Positions 19,096 through 28,398 of a stretch of DNA of 64,000 nt are shown piece by piece. This DNA is from Candidatus Bathyarchaeia archaeon (GTDB lineage: Archaea > Thermoproteota > Bathyarchaeia > 40CM-2-53-6): positions 32,001 through 96,000 of the forward strand of contig JBEKVV010000002.1 in the NCBI GenBank assembly GCA_049513715.1. Reading direction: 5' to 3'. Below the pieces are notes generated by a model. That model saw only the letters and a program-made list of their open reading frames with translations. It did not search any database and was not told the DNA's origin. The position numbers and the translations under genes were made by a program. The stretch's first letter is position 1; the number at the start of each line of letters is the position of its first letter.

Positions 19096-22000
19096 CTAAA
19101 GCCTATGGAGTGCTGCTTCCGCTTTCTCTAGGTCTCTTTTGGCGCCAAGCTTTCTGAAGATCTCAACTGCCATCTCGAGGTGTCTTCGGGACTCGGCGGG
19201 GGATGCTTTCGCGATTGCTTCCGCATATTCAACTAAGGCTTTGGCGCGGTAGTATGGCCAACCAGCCTTCTCCCACAGGTTAAGAGATTCCAAGTATTTT
19301 TCTTCAGCAGCCTTCCGGTCGCCACGCGCGAACAGGACGAGGGCTTCAGCTTGTGATGCCATAGCTAAGCCCGCATCACTCTTCAACGTTTCAGCCAGCC
19401 GCCTAGCCCACTCAGACATTTTCCGAGTCTCCTCCCATCTCCCGCCTTTTGCGTGGAGCGAAGTTAGCTGAAGGAGGGTCTCGACGTGGAGCAAGGGTTC
19501 CGTGGTGAATTCCCAATTCCTGAACGCGTCCACGGATTTTTCGAAGTGTGTTCTGGCTTCCTGTTCTTTGCCCTGTTCCAGCCTCAGTAATCCTAAAGCT
19601 AGGTTTGTGGTCACGATGACGGTGATCTTGGGGACTTTTTCGGTCAGGTGCTCGGCTGCTTGAAGAATTTTCTCAGCCTCTCCCAAGTCTCCCATGCTCA
19701 GGGCGTACCATCCTCTCCAGGCTTCGTGTTCGACTGTGGTGATGTCGATTCCGATTCCCAGTCGCTCCATGATCGCGTCTGATTTCTGGAATTGTTCCAA
19801 AGCGCTCGCCCAGTCTCCTCGAAGCCAGTCGAGGACCGATAACCACCACAAGCCTCGTGCCTCCGAAGTCATCAGGTTTGCGCTCTTGGCTAGTTCGACG
19901 GCCTTCAGGGCAAACTCACGTGCCTTCCCTAAGTTCCTAGGGTAGGTGTAGAAGCTCAAGTTGAAGACGCAATTCCGCGCTACCAAAAGGTCTTCGTGCT
20001 GTAAAGCTAGCTCGTACGCTTGATGCCAGAGCGGCAGACCTTCATCAATTTTCCCTGTGTCAGTTAGGTAAGACCCTTGCATGCTAAGTGCGCCTGCTAC
20101 GGCTTGGGTGTTGTTCGTCTTCTTCCCCACTTCTAGAGCCTTCTCAGCCCACATGTTTGCCTCATCAAATTGATCCATGAGCCCAAGAAACCATGCCAGT
20201 GAATAGTAGGTCGAGGCTGCCTCGGAGCTATCGGGTTCGCCCTGCAGGTAATTGAGGCCACGCTTCATGACGATCGTAGCCTCTTGAGCACCCGGTTCGC
20301 TCTTCACGGTGGTGATCGCTTCGGCGATTTCCCTGCATGTTCGTGCGCATGCCTTGTTATCATGTGATTTTTCGAAGATTGAGAGCGCCTGTTCATAGGA
20401 TTGTGTACTGTTCTTGAGGTGGCCAGTGAACGCGTAGCATGCACCTAGCTTCTCTAACAAGGTTGCTGTCTCTCCTGCTTTCTCTCCTTCGAGGTCGAGG
20501 AGCTCCACTGCCCGTCTGTAGTCTTTGATCGCGGGCTCGTAAGCGTAAATTGATTTGTTCAAGTCGCCGGCAATAACTGAATACTTGATGCAGCGCTCTA
20601 TGTCGCCGCCTTCCGAGAAATGGTTCGCTATGGCTTCGGCATGCCTGTCCAACTTCTTTGAGTAGAGTTTCTCCATCGCCTCGGCAATCTTGAGGTGATA
20701 CCTAGCTCGCTTGATTTGGATCAAGTCGTCGAGCAACATCTCTCTGATCCGATTATCCGAAAATCTGAACTTGCTCTTCTCACGGGGAACTTCGACGACC
20801 AAGCCCTGAGAAATAACTGCTTCCAGCCTTTGAACCAGTTGATCTTCAGTCGCCTTCGATACTTCCAGAAGAATTTCGAAGTCAAATTCGGGGCCAATCA
20901 CGGCGGCCCAAACCAGTACACCCAGAGTGTCAGGCTCTAACTTTGACAGCCTCGACCTCAACGTAGATTTTACGCTCTCAGGAACAACAATCTCCTGAAT
21001 CGGTTTTCTGTCCCAACCTCCCTCGGTGCGGAATATGGTACCGTCCTCGACAAGTGAACGGAGCACTTCTTCTACGAAGAAGGGGTTGCCGCCGGTTGTC
21101 TTGTGAATGATATCTGTAAACTCCGTGCTTACCTGTTTTTCTCCGAAGATCCGGTCGATGAGTTCGACTGTATCCTCCTGCCTTAAACTCTTGACCGGCA
21201 AGCTCTCAAGAAGCCTATCCCTGTTGAGTTTCGCCAACATCTTATGGATTGGTGTGTCGGGCCCAGCATCTTCGGTTCGATACGTGCAGACTACCAAAAC
21301 TCGAAGGTTGCCCGTACTCCTCACGAAATACTCGAGCAGATCAAGCGACGCTTGATCAGCCCACTGCAAGTCATCGAACAGAAGAAGGAGTGGCGTTTCC
21401 TTAGAGATGGATGTTAGAAAATGGGTTATCGACTCGAAGAGCCTGATCCTGTCCTGCTGTTCGCCGAGCGGCTTAGACGGTGGAACAGTTCCAATTTTGG
21501 CCGCTATATCTGGCACTAGCCTAGCAAAATCTGAAACGTGCGTGCCCAGCATCCTACGAATTAGCTCGCCAGGAGCCTCGCCGATGTACTCGCGGCTCAC
21601 TTCGACCCACGGAGCGTATGGGATCCTATCCTCAGATCCTCTTCCCACTAAAACGGTCGCATCCCTCGACCGCGCGTACGATGCCAATTCGCGCATGAGA
21701 CGGGTTTTGCCTACGCCGGCTTCACCGTGGAGTGCTACTATGGATGATTTGTTGTTGAATGCGTCGTCGAGGGCGCCTTTGAGCTTCGAAACTTCATCCG
21801 TTCGGTTCACAAGGGGTGTTAGCCAACGAGGTTCCCGGAAGGCAACGGTAGGAATCGACGCCTCCTCGCTTGGAGCATATTCGAACATTAACTCAGTAAG
21901 CCCAAGTTCCTTTTCAGTTACGGTTATTCCTTGCATCCATTTTACGAGAAGTGATTTCTTTTCCCCTTCTTCGACGATTTCCAGATTACCGTCGAAGAGC

Positions 22001-22542
22001 CCTACAACGGCTTGGACTTCCTCGTCGGCATGCATGTGCGGATTGAAGACAGCCAGCGTCGTTATGTTCTTCGCTCGTAAGCGTTCTAGGAGCTCAGTCA
22101 ACCATTTTCGAGTTTGAAGAGCCTTATGTCGAAGCAGAACATCAGACAAGATATCCAGCACTACACGCTTAGGTTGAACCGAACTTAGTGCGTCGGTTAT
22201 CTGGAAGTTCACGTCAGTCAGATTGTCAATCCCCTTACCCGGGATCACGTTCTTGGAAGGCGGAACGGGCTTGTCGCTGCAAATAAGTGAACGCTCATAT
22301 TCCATCTCAGTCGGCACGATAGACTGGGCCGAGGATAGCGTTCGACAGATCAGCAGGCTAGATTCCTGAACGCCCTTGAGGAAATTCCGCAGCAGAACCG
22401 GAACCTCGTCGCTTGCGGCAGCGTTCAGCACAACCATAGAACCAGCAAGAAAACCGCCCTGTAGAGCCTCATCCAGCCTACCGTAACCCGTCGAAACCTT
22501 AGCCCGTAAGGTAGGACTGATCGAAGCCCCTTCGTTAGTCAA
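19096..22542 (-). CDS. Degenerate KaiC-like domain + STAND/AAA_16 NTPase + TPR protein (1148 aa)
   Basis: VSTGYGRLDEALQGG without a Walker A lysine; GEAGVGKTRL; LLLFDDLQWAD; TGGNPFFVEE; C-terminal TPR-like repeats. Confidence 0.85.
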   Translation of the reverse strand: MTNEGASISPTLRAKVSTGYGRLDEALQGGFLAGSMVVLNAAASDEVPVLLRNFLKGVQESSLLICRTLSSAQSIVPTEMEYERSLICSDKPVPPSKNVIPGKGIDNLTDVNFQITDALSSVQPKRVVLDILSDVLLRHKALQTRKWLTELLERLRAKNITTLAVFNPHMHADEEVQAVVGLFDGNLEIVEEGEKKSLLVKWMQGITVTEKELGLTELMFEYAPSEEASIPTVAFREPRWLTPLVNRTDEVSKLKGALDDAFNNKSSIVALHGEAGVGKTRLMRELASYARSRDATVLVGRGSEDRIPYAPWVEVSREYIGEAPGELIRRMLGTHVSDFARLVPDIAAKIGTVPPSKPLGEQQDRIRLFESITHFLTSISKETPLLLLFDDLQWADQASLDLLEYFVRSTGNLRVLVVCTYRTEDAGPDTPIHKMLAKLNRDRLLESLPVKSLRQEDTVELIDRIFGEKQVSTEFTDIIHKTTGGNPFFVEEVLRSLVEDGTIFRTEGGWDRKPIQEIVVPESVKSTLRSRLSKLEPDTLGVLVWAAVIGPEFDFEILLEVSKATEDQLVQRLEAVISQGLVVEVPREKSKFRFSDNRIREMLLDDLIQIKRARYHLKIAEAMEKLYSKKLDRHAEAIANHFSEGGDIERCIKYSVIAGDLNKSIYAYEPAIKDYRRAVELLDLEGEKAGETATLLEKLGACYAFTGHLKNSTQSYEQALSIFEKSHDNKACARTCREIAEAITTVKSEPGAQEATIVMKRGLNYLQGEPDSSEAASTYYSLAWFLGLMDQFDEANMWAEKALEVGKKTNNTQAVAGALSMQGSYLTDTGKIDEGLPLWHQAYELALQHEDLLVARNCVFNLSFYTYPRNLGKAREFALKAVELAKSANLMTSEARGLWWLSVLDWLRGDWASALEQFQKSDAIMERLGIGIDITTVEHEAWRGWYALSMGDLGEAEKILQAAEHLTEKVPKITVIVTTNLALGLLRLEQGKEQEARTHFEKSVDAFRNWEFTTEPLLHVETLLQLTSLHAKGGRWEETRKMSEWARRLAETLKSDAGLAMASQAEALVLFARGDRKAAEEKYLESLNLWEKAGWPYYRAKALVEYAEAIAKASPAESRRHLEMAVEIFRKLGAKRDLEKAEAALHRL

Positions 22543-22643
22543 ATTCCCAGACGCCTAAACCCACCTAGTCTTCAGCCCGCCCAAAATAGTTACGGTCTAT
22601 CGCAACCCAAGCTTATCTTCGTCCCACTGAGGGAGGGGAACTC

Positions 22644-22889
22644 ATGATTCTCTGTAACAAGTTCGGTTTCGTCAAAGTTAGACAAAAAGGCAGTCATATA
22701 GCACTGGAACGGGATGGAACATTCGTCACAGTACCAGTGAAGGAAATTCGGGCGGGTCTCCTAAACAGAATTCTAAGAGATTGCAACATAGGTAGAAACG
22801 ATTTTATCGAATCTTGGCAATACTTAATCGAATTAGTGGCGAACCCCAGCGCGTACGCTAAGAAAGCTGGCGCCGGGGGTGGGATTTGA
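22644..22889 (+). pseudogene. hicA: Orphan HicA-like toxin, apparently N-terminally eroded
   Basis: FGFVKVRQKGSH...VTVP...GLLNRILRD; no hicB nearby; the stop falls inside att-like R2. Confidence 0.65.
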
Positions 22890-23068
22890 ACCCCCGTGGT
22901 TTTCCCTGCTTGACTGGATGAACTCCGGAAGTTTGTCAGGGCGCGAGCCGTTCTCGTCGATCAACTAAACTCACGCTTCACTAATCGCATATCCTACACT
23001 AAATGTTTAGGTCAACATCGGACAATGTTGAGGTCAAATTCCTGTGCGCCAGCTGAGCCGACGGCGAC
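22868..23068 (-). repeat. att-like site R2: exact 26-nt tRNA-Ser 3' end plus conserved element
   Basis: 22868-22893 is identical to 45367-45392; followed by CTGGATGAACTCCGGAAGTT...ACTAAAC...GCATATC...TCAACAT-N6-ATGTTGA. Confidence 0.9.
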
Positions 23069-24433
23069 TTATTTCGTGAGGCCACACTGTCTCCTGAGTT
23101 TCTCCACGAGTTCTAGGTATCGGGGGTCGGCTCTTGCCTTGGCGAGGAGTGGCGAGTACATCATCGTTGAGGGAGTTATCGTATGGGCTTCGAGAGCCTT
23201 GTTCAGGTGCTCGAAGTATGAGTCGAGGTCTCCGAGGGCATGGTAGACGTACGCCATGAAGTTGAAGCCGACAGGCCCCATCTTGGCGTCCTCAATCTTC
23301 TTGACAGCGAGCAGCGCTTTCTCTCTGTTGCCCTCCCAAGCGGCGAGCATTCCTCCCATCCAGATGATCCGAGAATTGGTGGGATCGAGCCTCTCGACCT
23401 TTGAATGGAACTCCCTAGCCTTCTCCAAGTTCCCCTTGATCAGGTAGTACTCCATCATGCCCCTGTAGGTGAACGCCGGAGCCATCTGCTCGGTTGTACC
23501 CCAAAGCTCTAGCGCCTCCTTCTCCCTCCCGACCCAGAGGTATGTCGTCCCGAGAAGCCAGATCAATCTGGGGCTGATGGGGTCCAAGCGGTAGGCAGCC
23601 TCAATCTGTTTCACCATCTCAGCCGGGTCTCCTTTTAGTCCAGCTATTTCGGACAGCAAGCGATGGGGGGTTGGGAGGCTGGGGTTGAGTTCCAGCGCCC
23701 TTCTCGCCTCCGCCTCCGAGCCCGGCACATCGTCCTCGGTGAATAACATGTTCGAAAGCGCCGCGTGAGCCTCCGCAAGGTCAGGGTCGAGGTCGATGGC
23801 ACGCGGCACTGTTGACTTCACATTTGAGAGGGAGACGTCAGCGGGCTCGTAGCCACCGTCACCAAGCAATGTGTGGCACTCTCCAATCTCTACGTACGCT
23901 CTCGCGAACTTGGGATCCAGCTCTATGGCCTTCTCGAAGAGGCCTATGGCCTGTCTGGCTGAGGCCGCGGTGGCCTCCCTTAACAGTTCCCTGCCCCGGA
24001 GAAAGTTGTTGTACGCCTCGATGTTCTCGGTAGGCTTCTTCTCCAGGGTTCTCTTCTCAGAGTCGAGGAGCTGTGTTCTGAGTTCTCCTGCGACTTTCTC
24101 CGCTATCTCGCTCTGGACGGCGAAGATGTCGTCCAAGTTCTTGTCGTAGTGGGAGGACCAAAGGTGTTCCTCGGTGGCTGCGTTGATTAACTGGACTGTG
24201 ACTCTGACCCGGTTTCCCGCTTTCCTTACGCTACCTTCTATCAGAGATCCGATATTCAGTTCCTTTCCTACCTCCGAGGCTCCCTTCTGAGAACCCTTAT
24301 ACTTCATCACCGACGTTCGAGCTATGACCTTCAGACTCTTCACTTGGGCAAGCCTGTCAATCAGCTCCTCCGTCATACCGTCTGCGAAGTATTCATCATT
24401 CGGATCGGGGCTCATGTTTTGCAGCGGCAACAC
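23069..24433 (-). CDS. TolB-like N domain + TPR protein, lacking an N-terminal effector domain (possibly truncated)
   Basis: RIAVLPLQNMSPDPNDEYFADGMTEELI, EGSVRKAGNRVRV, TPRs; in-frame stop about 30 codons upstream. Confidence 0.8.
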   Translation of the reverse strand: MLPLQNMSPDPNDEYFADGMTEELIDRLAQVKSLKVIARTSVMKYKGSQKGASEVGKELNIGSLIEGSVRKAGNRVRVTVQLINAATEEHLWSSHYDKNLDDIFAVQSEIAEKVAGELRTQLLDSEKRTLEKKPTENIEAYNNFLRGRELLREATAASARQAIGLFEKAIELDPKFARAYVEIGECHTLLGDGGYEPADVSLSNVKSTVPRAIDLDPDLAEAHAALSNMLFTEDDVPGSEAEARRALELNPSLPTPHRLLSEIAGLKGDPAEMVKQIEAAYRLDPISPRLIWLLGTTYLWVGREKEALELWGTTEQMAPAFTYRGMMEYYLIKGNLEKAREFHSKVERLDPTNSRIIWMGGMLAAWEGNREKALLAVKKIEDAKMGPVGFNFMAYVYHALGDLDSYFEHLNKALEAHTITPSTMMYSPLLAKARADPRYLELVEKLRRQCGLTK

Positions 24434-24668
24434 GGCGATCCTATGCTTGTCAAGCGTTGCCTGAGTGTGAGAAAATGCCGGAGGAACGAAACTCTTCGAG
24501 CGAGCAGGGTCGATTGGTTGGAAGGGTCGTCACTACTCCTGGTGTGCTGCTACTTGATAGCAAACCACCAGAATATTGGTTTTCATGGATGCGGCCGAGG
24601 TTGCTGAGGGAACATAGAATTTCCCGAAGAAACTCAATGCTGCGAATGAAAATCGCGGGTTCGGTCAG

Positions 24669-24854
24669 TGGCGCCGGGGGTGGGATTTTCACCCCGTGGG
24701 TGTGTCCGAAACACCCCACGGCTGGATTTGAACCCCCCGCACTTTTTGTGCTTGGCTGGATGAACACCGGATGTTTATTGTTGGATGAGCTTTTCTCGTC
24801 GGACAATCGGTTCACGAACGAACATAGTGCATATCTTGGACTAAACTCCTCTGG
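24669..24854 (-). repeat. att-like site R3 with a 41-nt hairpin insertion
   Basis: TGGCGCCGGGGGTGGGATTT-[41 nt]-GAACCC, then GGCTGGATGAACACCGGATGTT...GGACAAT...GCATATC..GGACTAAAC. Confidence 0.85.
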
Positions 24855-25508
24855 TCAGTCCTCGATTGCCACTACTCTTACCGGGGCGCCTGTTACTCCT
24901 TTGACTTTCAGAGGGAGAGCTATCAACTTGAACCGTGTTTTGGAAAGCGCTTGTAAGTTCACCAGTCCATTAATGTACGGTATTCCATTCCGGAGCAGAA
25001 TCTTGTCCGGAATCAATTCAGTCGGTGGAATGCGGGGGTCGCAAAACAGAGCGACGTCACCTGCGACAAGTTTCACCTTGCGTTCAACCAGCCATTGAGC
25101 AGCCTCATTGGACATATGCGGCGTATTCGACACATAATCTTCCGACCCCCAATGGCTCTCCCAACCCGTTCGAACCAGTGCAATGTCTCCCTTCCCAATA
25201 TTCGACCCTATGCGGTCGAAGTCTTCAGGGGTTAAGCAGCTCAGCGGTTTTCCTTTGTTTTTGAAATCAAGCAATTCTGCCTCTCCCATGAGCAAGTCCA
25301 GCGGTAATTCAGAGCTTCGCATAGAACCTACGAAGAAATGCGATGGTGCGTCTATATGTGTGCCAACATGATCTGCGATGACGATCTTGTATGCGTCGTA
25401 TCCAATCACCCCGATCTCAGCGATTCTCTCAATCTCAATCGGGGGAAACGGCGAACCATACGTCCAGGCCCCAACCGCAATCTCTCCTGAGAGATCAATG
25501 ATTTTCAC
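24855..25508 (-). CDS. Cyclase family metal-dependent hydrolase (kynurenine formamidase-like)
   Basis: KIIDLS, HVGTHIDAPSHF, RTGW, GAPVRVVA; GTG start after GGAGGT. Confidence 0.88.
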   Translation of the reverse strand: MKIIDLSGEIAVGAWTYGSPFPPIEIERIAEIGVIGYDAYKIVIADHVGTHIDAPSHFFVGSMRSSELPLDLLMGEAELLDFKNKGKPLSCLTPEDFDRIGSNIGKGDIALVRTGWESHWGSEDYVSNTPHMSNEAAQWLVERKVKLVAGDVALFCDPRIPPTELIPDKILLRNGIPYINGLVNLQALSKTRFKLIALPLKVKGVTGAPVRVVAIED

Positions 25509-25599
25509 AGAGACTAACCTCCAAGCAAGAACTGCGTTCCAGCACATTAAAAGAGATTGATACTTCGACTGGAGTGGCGTTACGTTTCGCGGAGAATAA

Positions 25600-25614
25600 T
25601 TACGAATTACGTAA
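25600..25614. promoter_or_regulatory. Palindromic candidate operator TTACG-AATTA-CGTAA
   Basis: Perfect TTACG-N5-CGTAA in the divergent cyclase/permease intergenic region; the same motif occurs at 33583. Confidence 0.55.
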
Positions 25615-25721
25615 CTGTTGACGCATCCAACATTAGCAATACGTAGAGTTGGGTTCCAATTTGCAAGGCAATCGAAATTGTCAAATACTAGGCCCCAAGC
25701 TGACTCCAACAGGGATTTCCG

Positions 25722-27329
25722 GTGAGCTCGGAAAGGTCTGAGGTTTTTGCGAGAAAAGCTAGCGGTCTTGTACGCCATGCGTCGTGGTTTGATGGGTTCC
25801 TGACTAGCATTGGTACTATGAACATGATTTGGATTGGTGTTTCCTTCATCTGGGCCCTGTCCCTGTTCCCTGGATCGTACTTTGACGTCTCCATAATCCT
25901 AGCCACCGTCCTATGCCTCTTCAACGCCGTTCTCTTCGCGCAGTTCTCCTCAATGATGCCTCGCTCTGGCGGAGATTATGTTTTCAACAGCCGTGGCCTG
26001 ACGCCCAGCCTCGGCTTTTCCGTGAACTTCAGCATGGTCGTCTGGAACCTGTTTTGGATCGCGTACACTTCCTGGATCTTAAGCTCCGTATACGCCTCAT
26101 CAGTCTTCACAATAATTGGCACAGTCCTGAAGTCAGACTACTGGACCGCGTTGGGTACACAGGCTGCGCAACCTCTCGTATCCTTCATAATTGGCGCCAT
26201 AGTCGTCTTGTTCATCGGCTTCATCACGTTCATGGGCCTCCGCCCGTTCTTCAATGTCATGAAAGTAGCCTTCGTCATCGGCATGATCGGAATCTTCGCA
26301 CTCATCTTCGTCTTGGCCACCTCGTCCCAACAGGCGTTCGTAAACGCCTTCAACGGATTCGTCGGTCCCGGCGCCTACGATTCGGCCATTAGCACAGCAG
26401 TCAAGAATGGTTACACGGCCGGGACGAGAAATTGGACCAACACAATCATGGCAATCGCAATCGCCTTCCAGCCACTCGGCTTCTCGGTTTGGTCATCATA
26501 CATCTCCGGCGAGATTAAGGACGCAAAACGATTCAAAACCAACGCACTCTCGATAGTTGGCAGCCTAGTCGTGATGGCAGTCTTCCTTCTGATCTTCTGG
26601 TATCTGTCCGTGGCGGTCTTCGGCTACGACTTCATGGGCGCCACAGGCTTTCTCTTCTACAACGCTCCAAGTGCATCTCCACTCTCGATTCCTCCAAGCA
26701 CGAATTTCTTCGGTTCACTCTTGGCACCAAACTTGACCTTGGATTTGCTGATTGGAATCGGTTTCCTCGCATGGGCTTTCCTCTACGCGCCGCAATCAAT
26801 GCTCATGGTTAACAGGTGCATGCTGGCTTGGACAATCGACCGACTCGCGCCGAAGAAATTCGGAGAAGTGAACTCACGCTTCCACACGCCAACATACGCA
26901 ATCCTACTATCAACCCTTCTCGCACTGGTCTTTCTAGGTGTCTTCGTTTTCACAACGGGCTGGTTCTCAATCTATGGGTTCAACGCCTTCATAGGTGGCG
27001 GAACGATCACTTTCATAGCAGTAGGAGTCGCAGGAATACTCTTCCCATACAGGAAATCCACCAAAGACATCTTCAAATCCTCCCCAGCCAACCAACGCGT
27101 ACTCGGCATCCCGGTAATGACAATCAATGGAATCGTAACGGTTCTCTTCATGAGCTTCGTAACAATCCTTTACCTCCTACCATGGAGTGGAGTCAACACC
27201 GCTCCTTCAGTCGGGTTCATCGTCTTCCTGTACATACTGGGATTCGTTTGGTACTATGCAACAAGGGCTTATCAGAAGAGAAAGGGTGTCCCGGTAGAGC
27301 TAGCCTTCAAAGAGATACCGCCGGAATAG
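25722..27329 (+). CDS. APC-family amino acid permease
   Basis: ARKASGLVR, MPRSGGDYVF, GEIK, C-terminal FKEIPPE. Confidence 0.9.
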   Translation: MSSERSEVFARKASGLVRHASWFDGFLTSIGTMNMIWIGVSFIWALSLFPGSYFDVSIILATVLCLFNAVLFAQFSSMMPRSGGDYVFNSRGLTPSLGFSVNFSMVVWNLFWIAYTSWILSSVYASSVFTIIGTVLKSDYWTALGTQAAQPLVSFIIGAIVVLFIGFITFMGLRPFFNVMKVAFVIGMIGIFALIFVLATSSQQAFVNAFNGFVGPGAYDSAISTAVKNGYTAGTRNWTNTIMAIAIAFQPLGFSVWSSYISGEIKDAKRFKTNALSIVGSLVVMAVFLLIFWYLSVAVFGYDFMGATGFLFYNAPSASPLSIPPSTNFFGSLLAPNLTLDLLIGIGFLAWAFLYAPQSMLMVNRCMLAWTIDRLAPKKFGEVNSRFHTPTYAILLSTLLALVFLGVFVFTTGWFSIYGFNAFIGGGTITFIAVGVAGILFPYRKSTKDIFKSSPANQRVLGIPVMTINGIVTVLFMSFVTILYLLPWSGVNTAPSVGFIVFLYILGFVWYYATRAYQKRKGVPVELAFKEIPPE

Positions 27330-27390
27330 AGCACTATTCATCTACTTCCGGCGTATTCCAGACACCTAGCCGACCCTGTGTAGCCGACAA

Positions 27391-28398
27391 TTGGAAGGTG
27401 GGCTGCAGCGAACATTGAGCGTGAAGCCTCTAGCATTTGAGACGGGAAAGAAGAGAATCAGGCTGTACTACACATCAGACGTTCATGGCTCAACTACTTG
27501 CTTCAAGAAATTCCTCAACTCCGCCAGAGCTTATGAGGCTGACATAATCATCTTGGGTGGCGATCTCTCAGGCAAACTGATCATCCCCATCTTCAAGGAA
27601 GGCCCTGACAGCTACTCTGCGAAGTTCCAGGAACGTCACGTTACAGTTAGTGGAGAACTACAGCTGAAAGAGCTTCTGGCGAAAATCCGTTTCACCGGCT
27701 CATACTACGTCATCCTCGAAAGAGGAGAGGAATCCAAGTTCGCGGCGGAAAGCGAGCGGGAAAAACTCTTCGCGCAGGTTCTCATGGATGCAATTCGTGA
27801 ATGGGTGCAGCTCGCTGAGGAACGCCTCAAAGACTCAAAAACAATATGCCTCATCATGCCCGGCAACGATGATCCGATGGATATAGATTCAATTCTCAAC
27901 GGAAGCTCGCGAATAGTGAACCCGGATGGCAGATTAATCACTATAGACGGGACCTATGAAATGGCAAGCACCTCTTTCGGGAACATAACGCCTTGGAGTT
28001 GCCCAAGGGACATACAAGAAACTGAGCTTGAAGCTAAGCTGGAAACAGCCTGTGCCGCCATCAAATCTCCACAGACTGCCTTGTTCAACTTCCACGTTCC
28101 GCCCTATGATTCAGGATTAGACTTGGCACCGAAGCTGGATGCGAATTTGAAGATCGTAACCGAAATGGGACAACCCGTGATGATACCGGTCGGAAGCCAC
28201 GCAGTCAGAGAAGTCATAGAGAAATACCAGCCACTGGCTGGGCTTCATGGTCACATTCATGAATCAAAAGGCACAACCACGATCGGCCGAACCTTCTGCG
28301 TTAACCCCGGCAGCGAATACGCCGAAGGGCTCCTACATGGCGCAATCATGGACATTGAGAAAGGCAAACTCCGAAATTACGTGCTAACACAAGGATGA
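27391..28398 (+). CDS. Metallophosphoesterase (Icc-like), paralog 1
   Basis: SDVHGS, GGDLSGK, PGNDD, HVPPY, LHGHIHES, NPGSEY. Confidence 0.88.
   Translation: MEGGLQRTLSVKPLAFETGKKRIRLYYTSDVHGSTTCFKKFLNSARAYEADIIILGGDLSGKLIIPIFKEGPDSYSAKFQERHVTVSGELQLKELLAKIRFTGSYYVILERGEESKFAAESEREKLFAQVLMDAIREWVQLAEERLKDSKTICLIMPGNDDPMDIDSILNGSSRIVNPDGRLITIDGTYEMASTSFGNITPWSCPRDIQETELEAKLETACAAIKSPQTALFNFHVPPYDSGLDLAPKLDANLKIVTEMGQPVMIPVGSHAVREVIEKYQPLAGLHGHIHESKGTTTIGRTFCVNPGSEYAEGLLHGAIMDIEKGKLRNYVLTQG

Noticed and set aside
21407..22117. Long antisense ORFs (also 1432-2004, 3052-3552, 54252-54857 and others)
   Set aside because: These are shadow frames of well-supported genes on the opposite strand.
22868..22970. 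att-linked element as an SSV-type split integrase fragment (APGVGFEPP... frame)
   Set aside because: The frame hits stops within about 35 codons in R1, R2 and R4, and no recombinase catalytic motifs or Int(C) ORF are present. A profile search would be needed to exclude it fully.
24457..25098. 213-aa plus-strand ORF across R3
   Set aside because: It is largely antisense to the cyclase gene and runs through the non-coding repeat, with no protein motif.
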